Assembly: GCF_001194135.2 (NCBI RefSeq) | Contig: NC_068984.1 | Location: forward strand, 37,418,354 to 37,462,070 | DNA: 43,717 nucleotides | Source: Octopus bimaculoides | Taxonomy: Eukaryota | Reading direction: 5' to 3' | Shown here: in pieces, positions 1 through 10,100 of the stretch | How positions within the stretch are numbered: the first letter of the stretch is position 1 | How the letters are laid out: every line of letters begins with the position of its first letter | Program-made: the position numbers and the translations under genes | The notes under the pieces: generated by a model | Told to the model about the DNA's origin: nothing | The model's input: only the letters and a program-made list of their open reading frames with translations | Databases searched by the model: none

Positions 1-43
<43 letters not shown>

Positions 44-145
44 ACACATAAGTATATATATACGTATATATATGCATATATACACGCATATACATATGTA
101 TATATACATATATTTAGCTCTCTCTCTCTTTCCATATATATATTA

Positions 146-423
146 TTTTTTTCTATAGCTTCAGCTGAGAGCTGCGGCCATGCTGATGCACCGCCGTTTT
201 GCTACACTTATATTACTGAGAGCCTCCTCCGATACGTGGCACTTGGTGAAGAATGGAGTCTGATGTAGCTACCCTCATTTGCACCTCGTGAGGTAGGTTT
301 ATCTGGGACTCTCGAGAGGAAGAGGTCCAGCTTTGAATTAAAAACCTCTACATCTACTTTGTGAAGGTTCCTCAGGCTCTTTGGGAGAGTATTAAAAAGC
401 TGTGGGCCCCTGAAACCCAAACT
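146..423 (-). mobile_element. 3' end of CR1/L2-group non-LTR retrotransposon (LINE), 5'-truncated
   Basis: Minus frame reads SLGFRGPQLFNTLPKSLRNLHKVDVEVFNSKLDLFLSRVPDKPT, collinear with the C-terminus of the longer LINE copy at 22160-23072. Both share the tail ggcggtgc..cagcatggc.gcag..ctgaa. Confidence 0.85.
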
Positions 424-702
424 GACACGTGTATCCTTAACGTAGTTCTCGGGGATATTCAGTGTGACACAGTGTGACAAGGCTGACCCTTTGAATTACA
501 GGCACAACAGAAACAGGAAGTAAGAGAGAGAGAAAGTTGTGGGGAAAGAGTACAGCAGGGTTCACCACCAATCCCCTGCGGAGCCTTGTGGAGCTTTAGG
601 TGTTTTCGCTCAATAAGCACTCACAACGCCCGGTCTGTGAATCGAAACCGCGATCCTATGATCGCGAGTCCGCTGCCCTAACCACTGGGCCATTGCGCCT
701 CC
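424..702 (-). mobile_element. tRNA-derived SINE (head ggaggcgcaatggcccagtggttagg), 3' end joined to LINE fragment
   Basis: Minus strand shows A-box-like TGGCCCAGTGG and B-box-like GGTTTCGATTC in a tRNA-like head, followed by a non-tRNA body. Confidence 0.75.
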
Positions 703-744
703 ACCCCCCCCCCACATATATATATATATATATATATACCTGTG

Positions 745-886
745 AAAGTGCGTGGCTTGATGGTTACTGCGTTGCAATTGTGGTTTCAATTCTTGGAGTC
801 GTCGTGTTCTTGAGTAAAACATTTCATTTCTTTTTGTTCAAGTACTCTTAACTGACAAAATGAGTAATCCAGCGACGGACCGGTGC
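745..886 (+). mobile_element. Degenerate tRNA-headed SINE
   Basis: gcgtggcttgatggtta (A-box-like), ggtttcaattc (B-box-like), then gtgttcttgagtaaaaca and aaatgagta body motifs typical of SINE central regions. Confidence 0.45.
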
Positions 887-1000
887 CTCACTGAGGCGTG
901 TGGTTAATATATACTCCAAAGCATCCAAGGAAACAGTCCTTATGAGGTTCTGGCTTGAGAAGGACCTTCGATCTTTTTCTTCCCTCTATCTTTGACATAC

Positions 1001-1095
1001 ATCGTTGGATGACGCTTGCACACGCGAACGCATATATCACTAATTTCGCTACAGTTCCCAAGATGAACGGTAACTCAGAGCAGCAACATATTAAG
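1001..1095 (-). CDS. Candidate coding exon 3 of an unidentified minus-strand gene (LICCCSELPFILGTVAKLVIYAFACASVIQR)
   Basis: Acceptor gtttgttcggtcctgcag| and donor |gtatgt. Only the phase-2 frame is open, matching the phase left by the candidate exon at 3382-3455. No homology recognised. Confidence 0.25.
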
Positions 1096-1124
1096 CTGCA
1101 GGACCGAACAAACATCAACATAGA

Positions 1125-1126
1125 TG

Positions 1127-1194
<68 letters not shown>

Positions 1195-1252
1195 CATACA
1201 TACATACATACATACATACATACATACTTACTCACATACATACATACATACA
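1125..1252. repeat. (GATA)n followed by (CATA)n microsatellite
   Basis: Direct reading. Confidence 0.95.
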
Positions 1253-1905
1253 GACATAGGTAGATAGATTGATTAGAAATATATATAAAATATGTATATC
1301 TATTGTGCTATGCTCTCTCACTCTTTCTATCTCTCTTTCTCTATTTTTCTCTTTCCATCTCTCTCTCTATATATCTCATTTATATATATATATATACATA
1401 CACATATATATGTATGTATGTTTGTATGTACCCGTCTGATAAGTGTACACCAGGCAGATGCATCACAATCATATGTGCGCTAAATGGTGATTTCATATGA
1501 AGATAAACAGCGCAACATTTAGAATTTTCTTCAGGTTCAGTAGCCCATCCCGTTCAAGAGGTCCCTGGATAAGGTTTGTTTAAGGATGTTTAGCAAAACA
1601 CCCATGTTTCCAAAGGTAAATTATTCAAACCCCAAAGAATTCCTCTCAACACATGGCTATGATGGTCCCCCGCTACTTCTGCTCGTGATCAGAGATGTGT
1701 ATATCGTCAGCCACCAAGGGACATGCTCAATTGCTTAAGGTCAAACAAATGACAAGCACATTTGTGGTATTGAGCAGAATATTTGCTGTAGCCCATTTTT
1801 TATACCAAGACAAAACAACGTACAAGATAACAACTTCCAATCAGTTAACAACGCAAGCCACGATAGCAATTGCCTTGTAATGCTATTATTATTATTGTTA
1901 ACATC

Positions 1906-1954
<49 letters not shown>

Positions 1955-2019
1955 ATCGGTAGCTGTCACATTGTCTCGTGCATTGGGTCTTACCAAACTC
2001 ACCAAACTTATATATATAT

Positions 2020-2097
2020 NNNNNNNNNNNNNNNNNNNNNNNNNNNNNNNNNNNNNNNNNNNNNNNNNNNNNNNNNNNNNNNNNNNNNNNNNNNNNN
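2020..2097. other. Assembly gap; further gaps at 16507-16516, 25611-26026, 31727-31736, 33197-33565, 36784-37072, 38657-38666, 39035-39786 and 42939-42948
   Basis: N runs, mostly flanked by microsatellites. Confidence 1.
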
Positions 2098-2144
2098 AGA
2101 GAGAGAGAGAGAGATGGATAGATATATGATACATACATACATAA

Positions 2145-2145
<1 letters not shown>

Positions 2146-2217
<72 letters not shown>
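2146..2217. repeat. (GATA)n microsatellite
   Basis: Direct reading. Confidence 0.95.
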
Positions 2218-2218
<1 letters not shown>

Positions 2219-2875
2219 TGCTAAGTTGATGCAACGTAAGCTGTAAATGAAAACGTGGAAAAATAAAACTTGCATTGTAGTGGCACTGTTCAGCAATTTT
2301 AACTCTTTTTCGCAATGCTGTTTTAATGTACGCAATATATATGTGGGGGAGGGGGTATCTATATGTATCTATATGTGTCTATATATATGTGTGTGTGTGT
2401 ATGTATATATGTGTATATATATATATGTATATACATATGCATATATATGTATGTATATGTATAAATATATATATTTATATATACGTAGATGCACACATGC
2501 TACATGCATACAGCCATGCAGCCATACATGAATAATTACATGCATTTGTATTTTTCTAAAGAGGATCAACCATTTTCTCTTCATAATTTTATTCTTTCGT
2601 TTACTTTCTTCTCTATCTTAATCGAAGATAGATTTTAAGAAAGCAAACATTCAACTAAATTAACATGATGAGAAATAAATGGCTTTTGCCACACGCTGAC
2701 TGATGTAGGAAACCAGACCACCTGCTTTTCAGTGATCTATGGTGAACTGAAACATGGAAAGAAAGTCAAGAATAATATATATTTTAACACAAAAAAAAGC
2801 GATTAACAGATATGCTGAGAGAAGCCATTTTTGTAAGATATCAAAAGTTTTATACGAAGACTAACAAATATATAT

Positions 2876-3038
2876 AGGTGCGGGAGTGCTTGTGTGGTAA
2901 GAAGCTTGCTTCCCAACCACATAGTTCTTGGTTCAGTTCCACCGCGTAGCACCTTGAGCAAGTGTCTTCTACTATAACCTCGGGCCGACCAAAGCCTTGT
3001 AAGTGGATTTCGTAGACGGAAACTGAAAGAAGCTCGTC

Positions 3039-3090
<52 letters not shown>

Positions 3091-3305
3091 TTGTGTGCCT
3101 GTGTTTGTCCTCCCACCATCACTTGACAACCGATGGTGGTGTGTTTGCGCCTCTGTAACTTAGCAGTTCGACGAAAGAGACCGATAGAATAAGTACTAGG
3201 CTCACAAAGAATAAGTCATTGGGTCGATTTATTCAACTAAAGGCGGCGCACCAGCATGGCTGCAGTCAAATGACTGAAACAGGTGAAAGAATAGAAGAAT
3301 AAAGG
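2876..3305 (+). mobile_element. tRNA-derived SINE family B, full length, with internal (TA)n tract and LINE-like tail
   Basis: Head tgtgtggtaagaagcttgcttcccaaccac..ggttcagttcc; body ctcgggccgaccaaagccttgt; tail ggcggcgcaccagcatggctgcagtcaaatgactgaaac. Collinear with 17650-18058. Confidence 0.9.
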
Positions 3306-3381
3306 AATATATATATAAGTTTAGTATTATACGTCAGGAAAAGTGTATTCAATAACTTGGTAGAGGTTAACAATATTTTAC

Positions 3382-3455
3382 TTTGGTTGAATCTGCGTCT
3401 TGCTACTGAGATTTGCCAGAGTATATGAGATCTTTTGCCTGAAGATTTTGTGTGC
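3382..3455 (-). CDS. Candidate coding exon 2 (AHKIFRQKISYTLANLSSKTQIQP)
   Basis: Acceptor tttcacttgtag| and a weak donor |gtaaaa; 74 nt, open in phase 0, ends in phase 2. Confidence 0.3.
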
Positions 3456-3899
3456 CTACAAGTGAAATTCGGAGTAACAGGAGACTGTATATACATAGAT
3501 AACACACACCCATATGCGTGTGTCTGTGTGTACCTGTGTATGTGTGTGTATGTATGCATATCTATATCCATACATACATATATATATGGATGGATTGAAG
3601 GCTGTATGTGTGTGAACAACAGTATTAGTTAATCCCTCTTCATTAAGATTGCGTATGTTTTACTTAGAGGCGAAACGATATCATCTATGCCTCTTGCATG
3701 TTTGACGAGTCCCTGAAGACATAGGTGACGAGATGATAGTGCATAAACGACACCGAATGATCTGCAAAGAATTTACTTAAGCTGAAAGTTTAAAATAGCG
3801 TGAACTCCGACAAAAGTTTCGAAAGTGGGTGCTAAACTTTGCTGCTGATTAGGTTTACAGTCTTACTTGCACACTTAGGTTTATAAGTGACAAACGGAA

Positions 3900-4062
3900 C
3901 TCTTACGTCATCGATAAATACGTGTGAAATAATAAGCAAATCTCTCGCGGCCATATTGAAGCAAAATGAAAACAATGCATAAGAAAATATAATCCTAGAC
4001 AGCAATAAGTTCTTAGGACCGTTGTAGTTGATTCAGGTTTGATAATAGTTCTGACCAATCGA
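3900..4062 (-). promoter_or_regulatory. Candidate promoter/TSS region (YY1-like AATATGGCCGC, CRE-like TGACGTAA, CCAAT box)
   Basis: Motifs read directly: ttacgtca 3903-3910, gcggccatatt 3947-3957, gaccaatc near 4053-4060; CpG dinucleotides retained locally. Confidence 0.35.
3907..3954 (-). CDS. Candidate first coding exon (MAARDLLIISHVFIDD)
   Basis: aatATGGCCGCG start context and strong donor GAC|gtaaga; locally CpG-rich; CCAAT about 100 bp upstream. Confidence 0.35.
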
Positions 4063-4900
4063 GTTCACTAAATAAAAGCAACAACAGTAATCCAACGAGA
4101 AATTGATATATGATAAAGTAAATTTTGCAATGTTCTTCAGCAAATCAGCAAATCGTTAAAAGAAATTTCGGTTGTTTTGCTGATTTTTATTTCTTAAAAT
4201 CTGTTGAAAGATATTGGGAATTACGTACGGAAAGTCTTTCGTATGTAACTTATAATTATTTCCTGTTCTATTCTTTCACATCGTCCTTTTAATTTTCATT
4301 TTTAATGGTTAAGGATCTTTTCGGTTTGATTCCAGCAGCTCCAAAAACTAAAGTTTACCGAAAATTTTAAAATTTAGCACAATAATACACTTGCGCAAAC
4401 TGAATTGCTGGAGTTATTTTAATTTTTCCAGAAAAATGTTTTTAAAAGGTTATAGAGGTTTGATCATTTTCACCCAGTCAGGAAACAGGGCTTGGAAACT
4501 GTCATTTTGTGCGTGACTTCACATTTTGTAGTCAATATCCTGAAAATAGCACGTGTTGTCAATATTTGTAGGCAACACGTGTTATATCTCCGGTAATTTT
4601 CTTTCACGTAAATAAATGTTTATGTTAATTTAAAAGAGACAAACTGTTAGTTTTAAATCTTTGAGCGAGATGTTCGGAAATAAACTTTAATTTAAAAGAT
4701 TTACCCCAAAAAATCTTATTTAGCTGTTATTTTTAGTACATCTCACAACCACCTCAATGCTCTATGACAAAAGAAACAATCATTAAACAAACAATTTAAA
4801 TGTGTTTAAATACAATCCTCCGAAAACCCAAGGCTCAGGTAGGACTCTTCCTCGGTTGACTACTGTCAACAAAGGCGTCCTCGCAGACTTTTCAAAAACT

Positions 4901-4914
4901 GCTACTATGGCAAC
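4901..4914. promoter_or_regulatory. Candidate RFX X-box (gctactatggcaac)
   Basis: Two mismatches to the palindromic X-box GTTACCATGGCAAC; the right half-site GGCAAC is perfect. Confidence 0.3.
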
Positions 4915-5558
4915 AGGCAAAAGCGTTCTCATGTTCCGCTAATTACTATCGAAACAGGCATGAATGTGTCTGTGGCTTACGACAGGCTAAAATTACCAAA
5001 ATCTTCAAACTTTAATTACAAATAACACTTTATTTATGATTTATAGTGAAAATTACTTTCACATTATTAATTAGGCTATAAAAGTGTACCCTTACACTAA
5101 ATATGAAATCAATTCGAACAGAAAATTGATACTGGCAGGCGCTGGCAACCAAACAGAAAACATTCATGTTTGATAAATAGATATTCCTTTAAGGAGGTAA
5201 TATTTTTGCAGGCGGAAAAATATCTGTTGAACAACAAAAGTTTGTACCTTTTCTTTATCTTTTTCTGATGGTGTGACATCATTTTATTTCTATATTTCCT
5301 CTCTCCCCCCATTTTTAAGTGAAAACAAATATCTAGCAAACTGATACCGCGCTGTATTGTGAACGCACAAATTGTTTCGAATGTAGAAATTATATAATGA
5401 CCAATATAGATATTTTATCACAAAACTGGCTAGGGAAACACACTTCTTCCTTAGGAGTATATGTTATATAAACAGTGCCTGTAAAGATCGTAGTGTTTTC
5501 AATTTGCCACCAAATTCAAAAAGTGTATGTATATGTAGATATACACAAAATACATATA

Positions 5559-5994
5559 CAATGTCGGATGCAAAGTAAAGCGGCCATTTAAATTGTATTT
5601 TCTCTCCTGCGACTCGATTTTCACCGCACTGCAATCAACGGGTGAAGTGGCCTTATTTGTACAGCATCAGGATAGGTCTCGATGTATTGCACCGGATTTA
5701 TATGTATGCATGTATGTATGTATGTATGTATGCATGTATGCATGTATGTGTATATATATATTAAGTGGTTAAAGATTCTATATCTATTTTGTGTATGTCT
5801 ATATGTATATGTATTGAAATATTATATCATAGTTAATGAAAGACGAACAGGGTGCTCAATGCCTGATGCAAAGTAAGGCGGCCATTTGAATTGCATTTTT
5901 TCTCCTAGGGCTCGATTTTCACTGCACTGCAATCAACGAGTGAAGTGGCTTTTTACACTTTTTCATGGTAGGTCATGTATTGCAGCGGATTTAT
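5559..5994. repeat. Diverged direct duplication of a roughly 140-bp unit (5559-5701 and 5857-5994) separated by a microsatellite
   Basis: Shared blocks gatgcaaagtaa.gcggccattt, ctcgattttcac.gcactgcaatcaacg.gtgaagtggc and atgtattgca.cggatttat. Confidence 0.9.
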
Positions 5995-8390
5995 TCTTTC
6001 GTGCATGGCTGTAGACTCGATAATGCTCTTCTCTTTATTGGCGTATTCCAAGGTTTCAGTGACCCTGCTTGTCTATTTCGTAATCGGAATATAATTATGT
6101 AATCAAGAAAACAAATCCAAAATACTGCAGAAGCTGATTGCATGATCATCGCATTAACATGAACTCCTATCGTGAGAAAACATATTTACTTTAAATATAC
6201 TATGCATGCATGTGTGTATGTGTATGTACTGAAGTCTTGTGTGTATGTACGTGTGTGTGTATGTGTGTGTGTGTGTGTGTGTGTGTATACACTATGCTTC
6301 ACATTCTATGAGAACCTGTGAAGTAGGGAATATTAACGAATTATGAATGATCAATTTGTTTCAACTCGTCCCCTTGAAACCTTCAATTTATTGTAATAGA
6401 AACTTTTATGCATTCATGAATCATTGATGAACCTAATTGCTACTTGGTTCCCGGATACTCTGTGTACATACATCATAAACTATGAATAAATTCGAAGGTC
6501 TTGTAACTCACATGGACGGATTGTTATTGCTAAAATGTTGATCCCTTATCACTACTGCCCTTTGGTCGAGCCGATTTACATATTACCTAACAGTACAAGG
6601 ATTGAATCGTGCAAGTACTCTCTCACAGAGAAAAGAATTCGGCACTCAGTCTGTTATGTATATAAAAAATTTAACATCCTCAGTCAGCACTCGCTGTGTA
6701 GTCCAGCATTGTTTGTTAACGCAGCAGACTTTACTAACTGCCTTGATTTAAGTAGAGGGTAAGTCAGCCAACAAAATGAGATGATATTTTTGATCTTATT
6801 CTGTGCTGCAACAAATCTAGCATATTTCTACTTCTCAATTTATAGCACAGATAGTGAAACTGAATTTTCTGTTGTATGATCATATTACAAAAAATACAAA
6901 TTACAAAAGAGAAATATTTCGTAATATATGACACCACCTTAAATCAGTTGAAAATCGCAAAGAAGGAGGAACTTTAGCAGGATCCTCCCTCTTAATACTT
7001 GACAATTACAGGAGAAATGCTGCTTCTTCTTTCAACTGAAGAAAAGTAAAGACGTTTACGAAAGCAATACATAACTAATCATGTGGAGAGTCATACAAAA
7101 AAAAATTACGTCGTCAAACTAAGACTTGGCAAGCAACAAGCCCAGCAGCAATAAATAATGGATCACTGTACACTCTCGTTCACACTCCTTCTCTCCTTCC
7201 ATCCTTTCTATCTATATATCTGTTTATCTCTATATTTACTTATCTATCTGCCTACCTATCTATTAATCTCGAATAACATGTCACTCCTATATCTTCGTCA
7301 TTAAACATAATCTAAATGCGCACAAAGCAACAAAAGAAAACATCTTCTGCCAGGTGTTTGCAGAAAAGTGTTATGTATCAACTGCTGAAAACCAGCAACC
7401 AATGAGCAAATAACCTTTGATCTATAATGCAAACCATATCACAAAAATATTGGTGACCAAGCCACCGCTCCCAAATCACAATCCAGTCAGAGTATTCAAG
7501 GATTCTAATAAGATTTTACTAGTTAGTCTCTTGCATCAACTTTCATTTGTGACGTACTACCAAACAACAAGATAGCAACTAAGATGCCGATACATAAAAG
7601 GTATTCTAGAATTGATCCATACATGTATTAATATGCAACTCAATTAGCAAAAGAGTTAAATAAAGTCTATAAACAGCTGCTGGGCTAACTGCTTGACAAA
7701 AAAAACACTCATGTCTAGAAGACAATTCTGCTACCCAGCAAAACATCGCACTGTAAATCTTTTCACTCTCAGACACAAAAGTGCTTCCTAATTTTAAAGC
7801 ACAAGTGATGTAAGATCGCTCTGGACACCAAAGATACTTTCACAGGTCTGGCACAGAAACCTTGTCGGAAAGAAAGCGCGTCAGGTGACTGGCTGTTAGA
7901 CACTCGGAAGGTGGTATCTTAGGATTCAAGTGTAAAGCGATAGTTTTAGCAATAAAAATACTTTTACGGAACCTTCTACTATACTTTTGGATTACAAGAT
8001 TCCTGTGAAAAAAAAACATTGTAATTCTTGTTGTGATTTTAGCCCTTTACTGTAAGCAAGAAAGCTGAAAAGAAGCTTAAATTACCACCTGAAATAGCAC
8101 GGCAACTGGATACAGAAGATAGGGCCACAGTCTACTACGAAGAAGTCTAAATTAATGAAGAATATACTTTGCTCTTCTGGATAAATACTTTATACAACAT
8201 ACTGGACTAACCTCCTGTAGTTCAAATGAGAGTTTTATGTGTGATTGCAGTTGAAATGGTTAATGTTGCGAAAACAAAAAGCGGTCCTTCATAGGTCTAC
8301 ATCACAGACAATAGGTTGCTGCTAGAACAGTGCTCTACGAAATGGAAACAAGCTAGAACCCATAGCGACTTAAAGTAATATTCTGACATC

Positions 8391-8577
8391 GGTGAGCTGT
8401 CAGAAGCGTTAGCTTAGCGGCATTTCGACCATCTTTACGTTCTGAGTTCAAATTCCGCCCAGATTGATTTTGCTTTTCATCATTTCGGGGTCGATAAAAT
8501 GAGGGGAGATGCAATCAACTTAAACACCCACGACCCCGACATTGCCAGCCTTGTGCCAAAAATCTGAAGCCAATATT
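8391..8577 (+). mobile_element. SINE family A (ggcggcgagctggcagaa head), degenerate
   Basis: ttacgttctgagttcaaattccgcc, tttcggggtcgataaaat and gccttgtgccaaaa match other copies in the window. Confidence 0.85.
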
Positions 8578-8662
8578 GCTACTGCAATATCAAAGACAGT
8601 CTTTTATAAAAGTTTGCATATTTAAATATGCAACACCTGGTGTGGAAGTGCACATTTAAATA

Positions 8663-8788
8663 CAGGGTGTCCACAAAGTCTGGGTACATATGGTTAACAC
8701 ATACTTTAAGAAATTATTATTTCTTATATTTAATTGTTTTTGTCATAATTTTATTTACTCCATGTACCCAGACTTTATGGACACCCTG
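8663..8788. mobile_element. Tc1/mariner-type MITE, 126 bp, TA-flanked
   Basis: TA|cagggtgtccacaaagtctgggtacat ... atgtacccagactttatggacaccctg|TA: about 27-bp TIR with one mismatch, and TA on both sides. Confidence 0.92.
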
Positions 8789-9854
8789 TAGAATCATTCT
8801 GTACTTAGTTATTAAAATAAGGAACAAACTTCCAGAGGTTGCGATTAAAGCCATCTTGGCAAAGAGAATAGAGATTTTCAAAGACTGAATGCTATGACCC
8901 AGTGATATGCCTATAAAACGTGCTATATTCTCCAAAAATAAAAGGCCCTATTGTTCACAAATACGTACAATAAAAATAAAATAAATAAAATGAATAGAAT
9001 AAACAAAATAAGTAATTTGTCATGACACTTAAACTTTACTCTTTGAGTTCTTTATTCCATTTAACCTATTCATGTTTCTATGAACTCGTAATCCCAGGAA
9101 TAAAATATCAGCTACATAGGTTCATTCATGCATGTCAGATAAAATTAAAACATAAAACCTCTTAACTATATTATGTAAAGCTCTTACTTTTTGATTGACT
9201 TGCACTGTTAGTGGGAACAACGAGTAATTAATGAGCCTAAATTAGTATACTTAGGCTTTTTTTCCCCCAAGTACTTACATGAAAAACTGACCCCCGTCTT
9301 ATAATCGAAACGAAAACTTCCTACTTGCTAATTTCGACGCAGAGACACTAGCTACGTTATAGAACCATCATTATGCCTACGTTGCCAAATTGTGTGATAT
9401 TTTAATACCATCAGCACCACCACTGCCACCACAATCACCACTGTTATTAGTGCTAACATGTTAATAAGAAAATAGAAAATAGTTATTATAAAAGTTCAAG
9501 CTTATTATCTTCATACAGCAGCGAATTATTTAAAGTTAAGCATAACAGATTTTGAATTCTTGAGTGTTACTATTTATTTATGTCTGCGATATTTATCTTT
9601 GATACTTGAAGTCATGGTGATAATGGATAAGCAATGCTTAGATTCATGATTATTGAAGTCTGCCTGAGTATTCAATTAGTGTAAACTGAAACGTCTTGCT
9701 TCTAATGTACACTTAGACAATACAGTCCGAACGTATGAGAAATTACCATTTCATATATTTGAAATTCTTGTCATAATATAGATATATATTGATATAATTA
9801 GTGATTTTTCCAACGAAAGCATAGAGGCAAAACATAATGTGCCATCACTAAAAG

Positions 9855-10100
9855 ATATTAAACTTTAGCCGGAAGTTTATGGATAATAATGAGCTATACT
9901 CTGTGTTACAAGCTGAACAGTTGGGCAGTTGGATTTTCTGTTTTAAAAAACAATAACCATGGCACACGAACGACAGTAAGAGAATTTGACCAAAAGCAGC
10001 GAAAGAAACTGTACCCTAAGTTAAAGAAAAGTGGAATTTTTTCCAAGAGAGATAAAAACATATCCCTAGTTGTCCAGAAATTGTATAGGAATTAAAAGTT
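9855..10100 (+). pseudogene. Possible decayed piggyBac (PGBD4-like) transposase fragment
   Basis: FMDNNELYSVLQAEQL then, after a frameshift, GTRTTVRE..LYPKLKKSGIFSKRDKNISLVV resemble the piggyBac FMDNFYxS..L and GTVRxN..KLKKGE..R..NILV motifs. Recognised by eye only. Confidence 0.35.

Noticed and set aside
2690-2746. Strong minus-strand acceptor (ctttctttccatgtttcag|) as the next exon of the candidate gene
   Set aside because: The phase-2 frame needed after exon 2 stops within three codons; it could only fit an alternative model.
7600-8200. Possible decayed RTE endonuclease (QLAKELNK, SDTK, HRSGTE)
   Set aside because: Only scattered weak resemblance with many stops; not supportable without BLASTX.
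8783-8792. miR-10-like accctgtaga
   Set aside because: It is the MITE terminus plus TA; the rest of the mature sequence and a precursor hairpin are absent.
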